From Pecten maximus (taxonomy: Eukaryota): 64,000 nucleotides of DNA. The first letter of the stretch is position 1. Every line of letters starts with the position of its first letter. Made by a program: the position numbers and the translations under genes. The stretch is from positions 5,766,001 through 5,830,000 of the forward strand of contig NC_047016.1 in assembly GCF_902652985.1 (NCBI RefSeq). Reading direction: 5' to 3'. Of this stretch, positions 48,489 to 60,500 are shown piece after piece. The notes below the pieces were generated by a model. It saw nothing but the letters and a program-made list of their open reading frames with translations. It was not told the origin of the DNA and ran no database searches.

Positions 48489-50901
48489 ACCGACAATGTC
48501 AAAAACAAAAGAGACAAAAGAGAAAATAGATAAGTATTGCAGTGGTGTCAAGTTATCCTCGTCGTATGGGATACCACATGGGCTTATGGATAAGCTGGGC
48601 TATTGGGTATTTTAACCTGTGGACAACGTGCTGCTAGTTGCCTGTCGGTTGTTTGACAGTATAAAATACTGTTCTACAATGCATGTGTAATAATTGCTCT
48701 TTCCGTTCCAATAAAGACAGCGACGTTTAATTTCCTTAGAGCATTTAACAAATTTAGCGCGACAGAACGCGGAAGGACTTGATTAAAACGCTTAGTTGGA
48801 TATGGCGTTTTCATTAGAGACATGCCATTTGGAGGCGCTGTTCCTTGAGGTAACTGACTTTTATTCTTTCGACTGATGATTCGTTATATTCTCTTATTCA
48901 CACTCTGAAGATGTAGTGTATCCGCCAAATCTTGTTAGAACTAGTCATTCCATGATTGCAATCCATATAATATCATAAGGCTTGTGATAAAACGATTCCC
49001 TGATAAAAACTCAGATATTTTCGTCACAGCATCATACGAGTTCTGTATAACAAGAGAAGATAATGAATTTGCAACTGTTGGATTTCAAAAAAGTGTCGTT
49101 TGCCATCGGGTTTAGGATAAACTCGCCATTTGGTTATGCGTCATTTCCTCCCGTTCAATATTAGCTCAAGGGAGTATACACTTTTCGACTCAAGTTACCT
49201 TTCTCGATTATGCCCAATATCAATTGGAACTTTCCCTCTAAATGCTACATGTATTATTTAGTATTGGTGCATTCAATGTGGTAGGAACTGTTCTCTCATT
49301 TTCAATGTTAAACACTACTATATTTCATGGTTAGGATTGAAACCTTTAACAAAACGTTTGAAGCACTAAAAGCATCAGTGGAAATTTTTAAATGGACATT
49401 ACTTTGCTCTCTGAACTAATTTAACCACATATATTTATAAAAGTTTATTCTATGCTCGAAAAGGCAAACCATTATCAATTTCAAAATTTCCTTTCACAAA
49501 TATTTTATCTAAACAAAAATCAATGGTAATTGTGCAGCAGGCTAATGCATATAAAAAACCTCCCTAAGGTGGAATAACCAACCATTATATTGTTATTAGT
49601 AATATTCAAGATTGATGATGAGTACTTCCACATTGACGGTATTACTAACCAATAGTTTTAATTAATTTGCTGTGTCTGTTAGCTACCAACCCATTCGGGT
49701 GTCTCACACGTCTAACTACCAATGCTTTGTTTAATGACCTTACAAAACACTAAACATGTTATGTTATATTAGAAACAGAGAATATGTTTTTAATTATACG
49801 AGACATACAAGTATAATAAACTTTCTTTAAAAGATGTATCATAACTCACTAGACACTCACTCACTGCTGTACGGTACAGTCTCACTCATTGTTTGGCGTC
49901 TGTTGTATCAATTACTGAAGTAATATTGAAAAGTTATGTTCACATCAGTTTGTCTTTTTGTGCAATCTCTGTATTGGATTTCCTTCTTTAATGATAATGG
50001 ACACTAATACCGACACAGATACTATATATTTGATACAGTGGCTTCACAAACAAATGTTTACAGATCAGATACAATTATCCATATCGTAGGGTTTCCAATC
50101 CATGACAAGACGCAGTGTCTTGAAAAGCCTGTGGTGATATTTTTTTAGCTTTCAGCCTATTCATATATTTGTATACACCTATTTACCCTTACAAGGATTC
50201 CTATAGAGAGGTTTCTTATTTACAATGAGCCTCGGGATTAAATTCATCTGAAGGTGTGAGCGACCCACGTCGCGCAAGGAATCGAATCTACTGCTTGTTT
50301 CAACTTGCGAAGCTTTAAAACGGAACAATGGTGTCCTGCTTCCTCTTAGGAAATAATTAATGATATTGTACGTTCATATATGTCTGATCCCGCTATAGCT
50401 GGTTATATGGCATGTTAGTATGAAATGGAAATCATACACTTTACATAGTGTAACACATTGGTTGGGTGTTAGGGTTTTTGACCGGGCATTTTGTTAGGAG
50501 AAAACGAACCTTATATTAGCTACAGGAAAACCACTGGAAAAAAATGTACCTTGCAATAGAAATATTATCAATTGCAGGTAAAACAACCTTAAAAAGAATA
50601 TAATGTCGTCGGTTTTCCTATTACGATAAAAGATTTCATTATTTTAATCCTGATTAGAATGCATGTATGCAACATGACTGTGTTCATGACTCACAACATA
50701 TTCTACCTGTGGCGTATTTCCCATTGGTGTGAGGGATTCGTATTTTATGTGCGATTTACACAATAAGATATTCTGAAATGGAAATATGTGAGAGATTACT
50801 GAAACAAAACCGTGTAACATGCAACTTGTTCTCGTAAAAGTCTAGATTACTATCTTCAACAAGCTAACAACGAAAGCCCTAACAACATCCTAGCCGAGCT
50901 A

Positions 50902-51006
50902 ATGTTGCTATGTCGTGACTGTGCAACAGTCGAGGTGTTTGGGGTAGCTCTCATTCTTTACCTCATGCAAACCGAGTGGCGGAAAATTAGGTATTTGCTA
51001 TACCAT
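50902..51006 (+). CDS. Candidate CCN first coding exon (signal-peptide-like)
   Basis: The ATG at 50902 opens MLLCRDCATVEVFGVALILYLMQTEWRKIRYLLYH, with hydrophobic core VFGVALILYLM. The phase-0 donor CAT|gtatga (51007) fits the IGFBP exon. The better-looking donor AG|gtattt (50991) is phase 2 and does not fit. Confidence 0.35.
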
Positions 51007-51405
51007 GTATGACTGTAAAACCATATTTTAATGAAGTATAATAATGATATCTTTAGAACATCGAACCATGTCGTGTTCAAGAAACATGAACTGAATATAC
51101 GGAAAGTATTTTAATTGATTAATCCGTCTTCTCACATAACCGTCCAAGTTCGTTTAAGTACGAAGGAAAAAGCAGAGTAGACATGTTCATTGATGAAAAA
51201 TGGATGCATCGATTTTAATCACATTCTAGATGACGTCCTAACAAGGCAAGGCAAATGTTGCGCTTTTAGTGGTAAAATTGGAGGGAGCAAGACAGTGTAA
51301 TGATAATATGGTGTCAGAATTAGATTTTATGTGAATAATTGGCATTGTTGCTTCAAAGTGTTATCTGGAAAATGTCGATTAAAATATTCTCTTCTATTTT
51401 CATAG

Positions 51406-51595
51406 GTTCAAGAATGTCCTCGGAAATGTTCCTGTCCCGCTAATCCACCGGTTTGTAACGAGGGCATCCGAACAATCAGAGACGGATGTGGATGTTGCTA
51501 CATGTGCGCGCGCCAGCATGGTGACATGTGTAGTAGGAAAGACAAGTGTGACGCGCAACAAGACCTTTACTGTGATAATGAGGGTATATGTAGAG
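51406..51595 (+). CDS. CCN: CCN exon: IGFBP N-terminal module
   Basis: Acceptor ttctattttcatag| and donor AGAG|gtgaga. Translates VQECPRKCSCPANPPVCNEGIRTIRDGCGCCYMCARQHGDMCSRKDKCDAQQDLYCDNEGICR, with the GCGCCxxC signature and 12 Cys. Confidence 0.96.
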
Positions 51596-54500
51596 GTGAG
51601 ACATGGTTTATTTATAGAGCAGTAGTGTTATTTCCATTCCCGATTGAACGTTATTTAGGACGAGAGTTCAGTGTATTTATAGGCTATGACTTTCTCGTTA
51701 GCAATTATTTTAATAGACTATGACTTTCCTCGTTATCTGTTACTATGATAGGCTATGACTATTCCCGCTAGATGCTACTTTGATCGGCTTTGATTATTCC
51801 CGTCAGATGTTACTTTGATAGACTATGACTTTACCCGTTAGATGTGACGTTAATAGGCTGTGACTATCCCCGTTTGAGGTTTATCTAGTGCATTACTTTC
51901 AGCAATGGTCTATTCTTTGCTGAAACTGTCTATTACTATTCTCTATAAGCTGGAATAAAGAAAAGCCACCAAATTATGCTAGTAAAATACTGATAACGAG
52001 GAATGTTGATCGAACCCTTTTGTACAGGTTAATGTATGCTATGTTTAAGTTCAACCCACCACATACAAGACATAAGGTAGCAATGCTTAGGTTAAATCTC
52101 GGGGGAAACCAGTGACCTGTTCGTCATTACCTAAAATACTAGTAAAAGAGTTCATGTCCGTGTTATTTAGACCCGACACAGCACGCTATCGGTTAAGGAA
52201 CAATGATACCATATACAAAATCTTACTGTTTACACAACGGCCGTTTAGATCTTAACAACCTCCGCGGAGATTTGAAAAGCGCAGACATTTCCATAAGAAT
52301 AAACTTCTCGCATGTCCGCCAAGCATGCTTCATCACAATGTCTGCCAAACAAGCGTACTGGATTGTGGAATATTCAGCATGCCGTATACATACGAAAATA
52401 GGTAAACTTTAGTACACGTTCACCTCCATACATGTTACATGTGTTTATGCTGGCGTAACATTTCAATGAGACAGAAATATGCATATGTTACTACTAAATC
52501 TGTAATTGGAAAGGGCTAATGGGGTATAATTTGTATAAGATGTTTTCTTTTCCTGTGGGAATAATTATTTTTAATCATCTTTTGCAGCATTTGTACCAAA
52601 GACATGTTTTGTAAATGGAAAGGAATACAAAGATGGAGAAAAATTCAAACCAGATTGTCGACGTTTATGCACGTGCCAAAACGGCAAGTACGGATGCGTG
52701 AACCTTTGTCCCCAGGAAGATTTCCGGCCCTCCATTGAGCACTGTCCAAACTCACGTCTGACTGAGGTCAGGGATAGGTGCTGCAAGGAATGGACGTGCT
52801 ACCAGGAGCAGACGATTAAGTCACCACGGCATGCAGCACTACAGAGTGCCAACCTAGTACTACCAAACGACAACCAACGTACGTACCACGTCGATGCCAT
52901 GGTGACCATATATTGATATATATATATATATATCTAGTGTATTGAATAAGCTTTACCTCCTACGTATGGAGACTTTCTGTTGTCAACCTGATAGATAATG
53001 ATATTTTTCGTGGTCGAGAAATCAAATGAAACAGCTTTTAAGTAATAACATATAATGAATTTGCAATCTAGAATACTAGTATATGATAAAGTATTAACAT
53101 TGCTAAATTGGATATGCCTATCACATTACATTACTAGGGAAGTCTCTTTTGCATCACAAGCACCCCCTTAACTTTAAACTGGGGTTAGTTTTACAGATTT
53201 AATATAAAATCGTCACATAAAACTAACAATTTGCAGCATATTGACATATCCTCTTAACAGTACATCGGATGCCTACAAAAGTACAGATTAAATTAATCAA
53301 ATCTTTATCGATCCTTTATCACGTGACCAATTTTCCTGATGAGGAAAACCGAATCTGTGTATTTGAATTGCGAAGACAGCGATTTTTTAGTAGACAACTG
53401 CATGCGAATAAAGCCTGGTGAAGTTAGTTGAAATGGAATAACTTTCAATTTAAATATGCCATTGGCATGTTCTTACAATATCCATTATTCAGTAGCGTGA
53501 TTGTAATTATTTAGAGTTTTCAGTCATAATGAGACAATATAATTTCTAAGCGGCTTGTTCCCGTTCGCTGTATATGCCTTACATTATTGAAACAGTCGTT
53601 TGCTCTACAAACACAACTTGACTAAATTGTCTGTATTGTAAAGACTCCATAGACTGTATTTGAAAAAAGAAATATTGCCTGTTCGAATGAATTTGTCAAA
53701 GTCGCGCTTCTTATATACTTCCCATACAACAAAAATGCTTCATCTAGAAAAAATATTCATTCCAATGTATTCCATTAACAGTGATGAGCCTATTATTTAA
53801 TACGATTAACTATCTAACGGTAAGAACAAACGGGATGGAATACATTTTCATGTAGAACTTATTTACGATTCAGCATCTAATGTTAAGTAAGTTACGGATA
53901 TATACAAAAATAAACAAACAGATTGAATAAGATAGTGAGACATTGCTTTGGTTTATGTCCTGAAGTGACAAATTGACAAGACCAACTCTCTAATAGGTGA
54001 ATTTGTCTCAGCTTCAATCGAATTCAATTAATCTTTCATGAAATAGGGAAAACTATTTCGAGTAATGTTTATTTTTTAGATGACGTCGGTAAGCGAGACC
54101 GATGATAATGTATCATGAAGTTTTATTTAAAGTTAAATGCAAGAGAGTGACTACAGAAGGCCGATGAAATGATGCCTCGCTGCGGTGATCATTTCGCTGG
54201 CTTCTCTCGAGGTCGTCGGTGAAACGGCTAATAAGAATATATCCCCACTTATAGAAAACGATAATCAAGTTAAATATATATTGCTGTTAAAAAAGATCTG
54301 CCATTATTGCTAAGTTTCCACATGTAAAGCTCTGAGTGTTTTACACACAAATTAAATTACTTTGTTATACAAATAATAAATTGGTAAATGATAAATGTTA
54401 CCATTAACAGTTCACCGCAGGGTAGGTTACGTTATGCCATCCCGCAGTGTCTGTCGTCCGTCGATTTCCGGTAAATTGCTACTTGTCTCAACGGCTGAGT

Positions 54501-57500
54501 GTATTTGGTTTTTGATCAAGACCATTATTTGGCAATATTTGGAAATCAATTTGTTGTATAAATGAATGGTATGACTCTCCCAGGACCGATAAGGGAGGGC
54601 CTAACAGGAGAAACAGAAAATTCTTCAAAATCGACTGCCTCTTTCGCTTGCCGATTCCATAATTAAATTAAGATGCAGACTAGACTAGTGTGAATAGTAA
54701 TGGACTCAACAGATAACGGTCAACAGTTTATTAACATGTGTTAGGAAAAACATACCAATTACAGCTAAACCTAGGTGCCGTAATGAGAATCGTTTAAAAT
54801 TATCTATGGATGCCTACGTTTTAGGGATGTACAAGAACCAATAATCTGTTTAACACAAGTAGTATAATCAAATCGACTTTGTAATCCTGAGTCCCGAACA
54901 CATGGCATGTTCAGCCATTTCACAACATTTGCTAAAACACGACTTTTACTCCGTTAGACGTAAACTACGATAATTCCCTTCAAACACTACTTTTCTTAAC
55001 AGAAGGAAACAGCTCTAGAGCGGAAATATTCAAAACCTGCTGCGAGTGCTCGCAAAACCAAATCATTTCTACAAGCTTTCAACTGACTTCCGACCATGCC
55101 GGTTTCCGAGACGGAGCGTAATTACTAGTTTCTAACCACAAAAATACATTTAAAAAAACATTACAGTAAAAATACATGTTTGATAGTGGCAAGATATATC
55201 TTGAAAAAATCCAGTAACAAATTAAGGAAATGATAGGGTGCAGTTACAAAATATGTTAACATTAAACATTGTCAAAGTTTACCCCTGTCTGTCACCGGAA
55301 CAAAAGTGAAGCATCGAGGATCATAGGTAATATGGCTGGCTGCTACAATTTCCGGAACGAAACAAAGAAACGTTACACATTTTTCTTCTTTCAGATGGCA
55401 TTATTTGATTTGAACCGTGGTTTGAAAAGGCAGCTCAAAATTGGAAAATATTTGTAATATAACTTAAATGAAAAAAAAATTGTTCCGAGTTCACAGAGCG
55501 ATGCAGGCCCTCTGGGCTTCTTGTAATATTTTGAATGCCCATACGACATATTAACTCACAAACAATCAAACTTTACATTACATTTCAGAATCCCAGTCAA
55601 ACACGCAGTCATCCACACCCGGTCCAGAATGTCGGGAAAAAGATAAAAATTGGAGCCCGTGTTCAGTAACATGCGGGGTAGGCACGTCGACGCGTGCCTG
55701 TGGACAATCAGAGCGGCAGACCCGTCTTTGTTACCTCCGACCATGTGGAATGAATGTTACAACGTTGGTAAGTGTATCATCTAATGGTTGTACAGACGAC
55801 ACAGCACTAGCTCAATAGAAGCATCACATTAGGATGTAATTATTATGTACAGACAAGGCATACAGCTCAAGTGTTAAAATTCAGATAGCTTTTGTTATTA
55901 TTATTAATTTAGCGTTAATGCGAATAACAATTTCACCAGTTTTGGGTTTGGCATTTCAGGACATATGACTCTCCCCGTTTAGATGTTTATCTCTCGCTTT
56001 CTTTTTCCAAGTTTTTGAAAAGGCAAATTCTGCATTTGTTTGCAATCGCATTTCTCCTGAGCGACCAGATATATGGCTTTCCAGTAAGTGGCCAATGTTC
56101 TGTACTGAAAACTTTGTTGTTTGACACTGTTTCCTTACAAGACTAAAATCTACTAAAGTGAGTTTGCACATTTACCAGATACGGACTACGGACACTCTAG
56201 CCACCTCAAGTTCGGGCTGGGATAATACTTGGTATTTATATCAGTCATGTGTTATCATTATGTTTCGGACAACCGTGTCATTCAGTTCATTTTGTTTTGT
56301 TATGTATTTGTCTATACAATGACTATTTAGTTTGTTTGACATACCACTAGCCAAATCCCTTGAATATTTTATACAATCTGGTCAACAGCAGGATATATCA
56401 CTTATTTTCTTACTCAGAAATGCAACTTTTCTTATCTAATTTTAACCACCCAATACATACACATCCATTTTAAACCAATTGGAATTAAAAACATTATCAT
56501 GCTGGTTTTCCTTGAATTCAATAAACCCGATTAGCGTTATTTGTCTATAAACGCCACTTGACACCGTCGACGTAAGCAGTTATATGAAGTTCGACTGTTC
56601 CAGCATTGACATAGATATTAAAGATAGAGAAAGATATAAAATATTATATACACGTAGTTGGTGCTTAGTGGTGCTTACTAATTTGTGAACTGCTTTGAGA
56701 CGGCTTAATTGCTGTGATAAGTCTAAAAGAATTTTCAACTATTATGTTATATAAGCATTCATATAAATTCATAATTGCTGGCATGCTAAGTGAAGCAATT
56801 ACTGCCACTGAGCGCTGGTCAGTCTGGGTGTCGTTAACAGCAAACGGACAGAGAAGTTTATGGCCGTCAACATCTGTCAAAGTTACTTATAAGTCAATTA
56901 TAAGAGTATGTTTTATTAAACGAGGCGACCTCGTACACATACAGTGTATACATTACACTATCATCTGGTTTAATGATATAACGCTGTTTACACAAAGGAC
57001 ATCATAATTCGTTCCTACACAAAAACACCAAAATGGCGACATAGTAACAAAATCGTACCCCTTACCCCAAATCATTAAATTGGGGCAAAATATGAACACA
57101 CAATTTGAAATAGCATGAGGACCTTTTACAAATACAAGCAGTGTAAGACCAGGTGGTCCGGAAGAGTAAGCGTCTTTTACTTCATTTACGACACCCGCCA
57201 TACAAATCTTATGTCAAATCGACGACACCCGCCATACAAATCTATGTCAAATCGATGACACCCGCCATACAAATCTAGGTCAAATCGACAACACCCGCCA
57301 TACAAATCTAGGTCAAATCGACGACACCCGCCATACAAATTTAGGTCAAATCGACGACACCCGCCATACAAATCTAGGTCAAATGACAAAGACCCGCCAT
57401 ACTAATATAGGTCAAGTCGACGACACCCGCCATACAAATATATATCAAATCTGGCTCACACTCTCAAAACTATGGTGGTGACAACTGTATCGCTACTGAT

Positions 57501-60500
57501 TTAAACTAGCATCGAACACATCAGAATTCATATCGTATTCACAAGACAAGAAAACATTTCCGAATGGGATCAAGGTGTCGACCATAGAACATTTCTGAAC
57601 GGGATCAAGGTGTCGACCATAGAACATTTCCGAATGAGATCAATGTGTCGACCATAGAACATTTCCGAATGAGATCAATGTGTCGACCTTAGAACATTTC
57701 CGAACGGGATCAAGGTGTCGACCTTAGAACATTTCCGAATGAGATCAATGTGTCGACCATAGAACATTTCCGAACGGGGTCAAGGTGTCGACCATAGAAC
57801 ATTTCCGAACGGGATCAAGGTGTCGACCATAGAACATTTCCGAACGGGATCAATGTGTCCACCATAGAACATTTCCGAACGGGATCAAGGTGTCGACCAT
57901 AGAACATTTCCGAACGGGATCAAGGTGTCGACCATAGAACATTTCCGAACGGGATCAAGGTGTCAACCATAGAACATTTCCGAACGGGATCAAGGTGTCG
58001 ACCTTAGAACATTTCCATCTCTCAAAACCTTAATTTACCCATTCGTACTCGATATATCTCATAGAAATCGTGATACTGGCAAAAAGTTCTTCAATATCAA
58101 ATCAACGGGGATATATTAATAATGTACCTTTCGGAGGCAGGCATGATTCTGTTCAGAAATGGAAAATTAGAAATGGGAATATACAAGATGTCTGATTTTA
58201 ACACTGATTTTCACATTTAAAAAAAATTGTGATCTTGATTATTTTTCAAACGCGGTAGCATACTTACGATATTGCGATTTGCGTCTCCGCGCGGTATTGC
58301 GTTTGTAAGTATGGAGTAGTGATTTCTTTGTCCACTTGATGCATGTTTTTGGAGATTGTTCCCAGACTATCAATTACATATAATAATATTGTTTTGCTCA
58401 CACTGAATCCTGTATCAATAAACTGGATTGATTTACATACAAACACTAATATATTTGACTGCTTTTTAAACACAAAAGCGTGAATCGCTTTCTGATATAT
58501 TATACGTGTATGGAGTGACGTGTTTGAACCTTTCAACATGCGACATGTTTCTTTATCAGTGTGTTCATCTACACCAGGCTTTCCTCGCGAAGCTGGCTAA
58601 AGGTTTAGTGGCTGGTGACAGTAACGGTGTAGACACATTCGTCACGTCGGCCTTGTCAGCGTGTGTCGGTGTGTAGGAAAAGAAATAATTTTTCAACATT
58701 TTATTGCGACGAATTCTTGTAGAGGTTCTCTCCAACCAGAACGAAATTGTATTATGCAATATATTAAATGTCTATCAAAATGAAAAGTTTACAGGCCGTT
58801 GACCGTTCAACCCTCGACAACTACAATCATAAACGTATAGCTATCCTGATACATATTGATATGGCGTATTCCCCCATAGCGTACAGGGCGTCTCTGCCTT
58901 CTTATCGTGTTTGTATGGGTTTGTATAGTGATAAAATGTCTCAAGATGCCGGTAGAGTCTTGTCGGTCTCTAGGTTTTCCAGTTACAAATTGTGATGTAT
59001 TGTGTCGTTTTCTTTAATGTTTCCAGTACTCAATAAATATAAATTAGAAACTGTCATTAAAGTCATGTTAACTTTCAAGAAAAACAATTCATTTTATGCA
59101 AATCGATGTTAAACAACATAACAATAAATTGAAGTGGAAAATTAGTTTGTTTATTTGTTGTCACAGAAGAATTAATGCTAATGATACTGATCGATGATGA
59201 GTTAACACTGACAAGGAAGAAACAACAGCTCCTTTTCTTATTAGGATCAGTGAAAGTAAAACGAAAGAGTGGATCCCTAGTTATCTGTCCTGCAGAAAGG
59301 GCGAAAGAATTGCACCTGCGTTGCATGATCGTAGGAGGCGACTAAATTAGATATGTTATCTTTTCTCTTTTTTTTCAAAAAAAACTTCTTTTCTTACTGT
59401 CTACACTGAGACTGCCTCGCTTTTGGGTCGATAGCTTGACAATCGCCCCTGTGCGGAAGGCCTCTGGCTCTGTCCCCTGATCGTTATACCAGAGTCTATG
59501 AAATGGGGGTTGCTACTCTTACTTAACGCTCAGCATTTTAGGGAGCGGTGCGACTAGTTTGCCCGTTGATAACATAATATTACCGGATGAGGTTCCCTGC
59601 TGGATGTCTTGCTAAGTAAAGTAGCACTATGAAGTCAATATCAGATTTGCGCTACATAACAAGGAGAGAAACACGAACAAACCGCATCCTCCATGTACAC
59701 ATACACTACACGCAAATTGTTGATGGACCGTAAAACAATATCATACAATACAAAACAACACATGGGAGGAAATAGCCATATATAATGATAGTACGTTGAA
59801 ATATTCACCGGCTTACGAAAAGATGTCTTGTATTTTTGTCACTGACTTTATACTGAGTTACAATTCGTACGTAGTCTTGCGATTTATCATGATTTCTTGA
59901 CGGCAGACTGCTGACCTATTTTTTCTACATCAAATGCTTTAAAAAAATCAGTATCATTTCAATATCATCAATTCGTTCTGTGATATCCTGACATGGGAAA
60001 TATGTGGATACTTTAATAAGAAATTATTATTGCATTGGTAATATCCTAAATTTCCTTATCGTCGATAGCAGTCACAGCTTTATTTGAAGATTAAATATGT
60101 TATTTGAATTCAAAACCTATACATTATATCCCTTACTGCCCGAATACGAAAGTTGCAAAAAATACACTCGCTAACGCTCGTGTTTTTTTAGCTTTTGAAA
60201 AAAACTAACTAACTCCAGTTGAAGAAATACAACATGTAGCAGCCACTCGTTGTGTAACTTTTATTTATTACACAACGCGATGGCCATATGGATATGAATT
60301 ATGATAATTCAATTGTTGTGTGAACTGTATTTCAGGGCCGGAGTAAATGTACACCAACAACACGTACAAAGCACAGACGACATATCGAGTACCAGTCTTC
60401 CGGACAAAACTGTACCAGCATCAAACCGTTCAGGATGAAGTTCTGCACCACCTGCAAAGACAACCGTTGTTGTTATCCCAAACGACAACAAACCCGGGAC

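Larger units (their letters stand above)
57000..58170 (-). mobile_element. Degenerate Penelope-like element 3' end in the last CCN intron
   Basis: The minus strand reads NFPFLNRIMPASERYIINISPLI*Y*RTFCQYHDF (cf. NFPFLSSNIPxxPAYGVYISQLIRYARAC), then YGRH-type repeats, then the same terminus as 2250-2520. Confidence 0.85.

Noticed and set aside
53331-53385. Hammerhead ribozyme (ctgatga-gg-aaaa-cc-gaat)
   Set aside because: It has GAAT instead of GAAA, and no valid stem III/UH or stem I.
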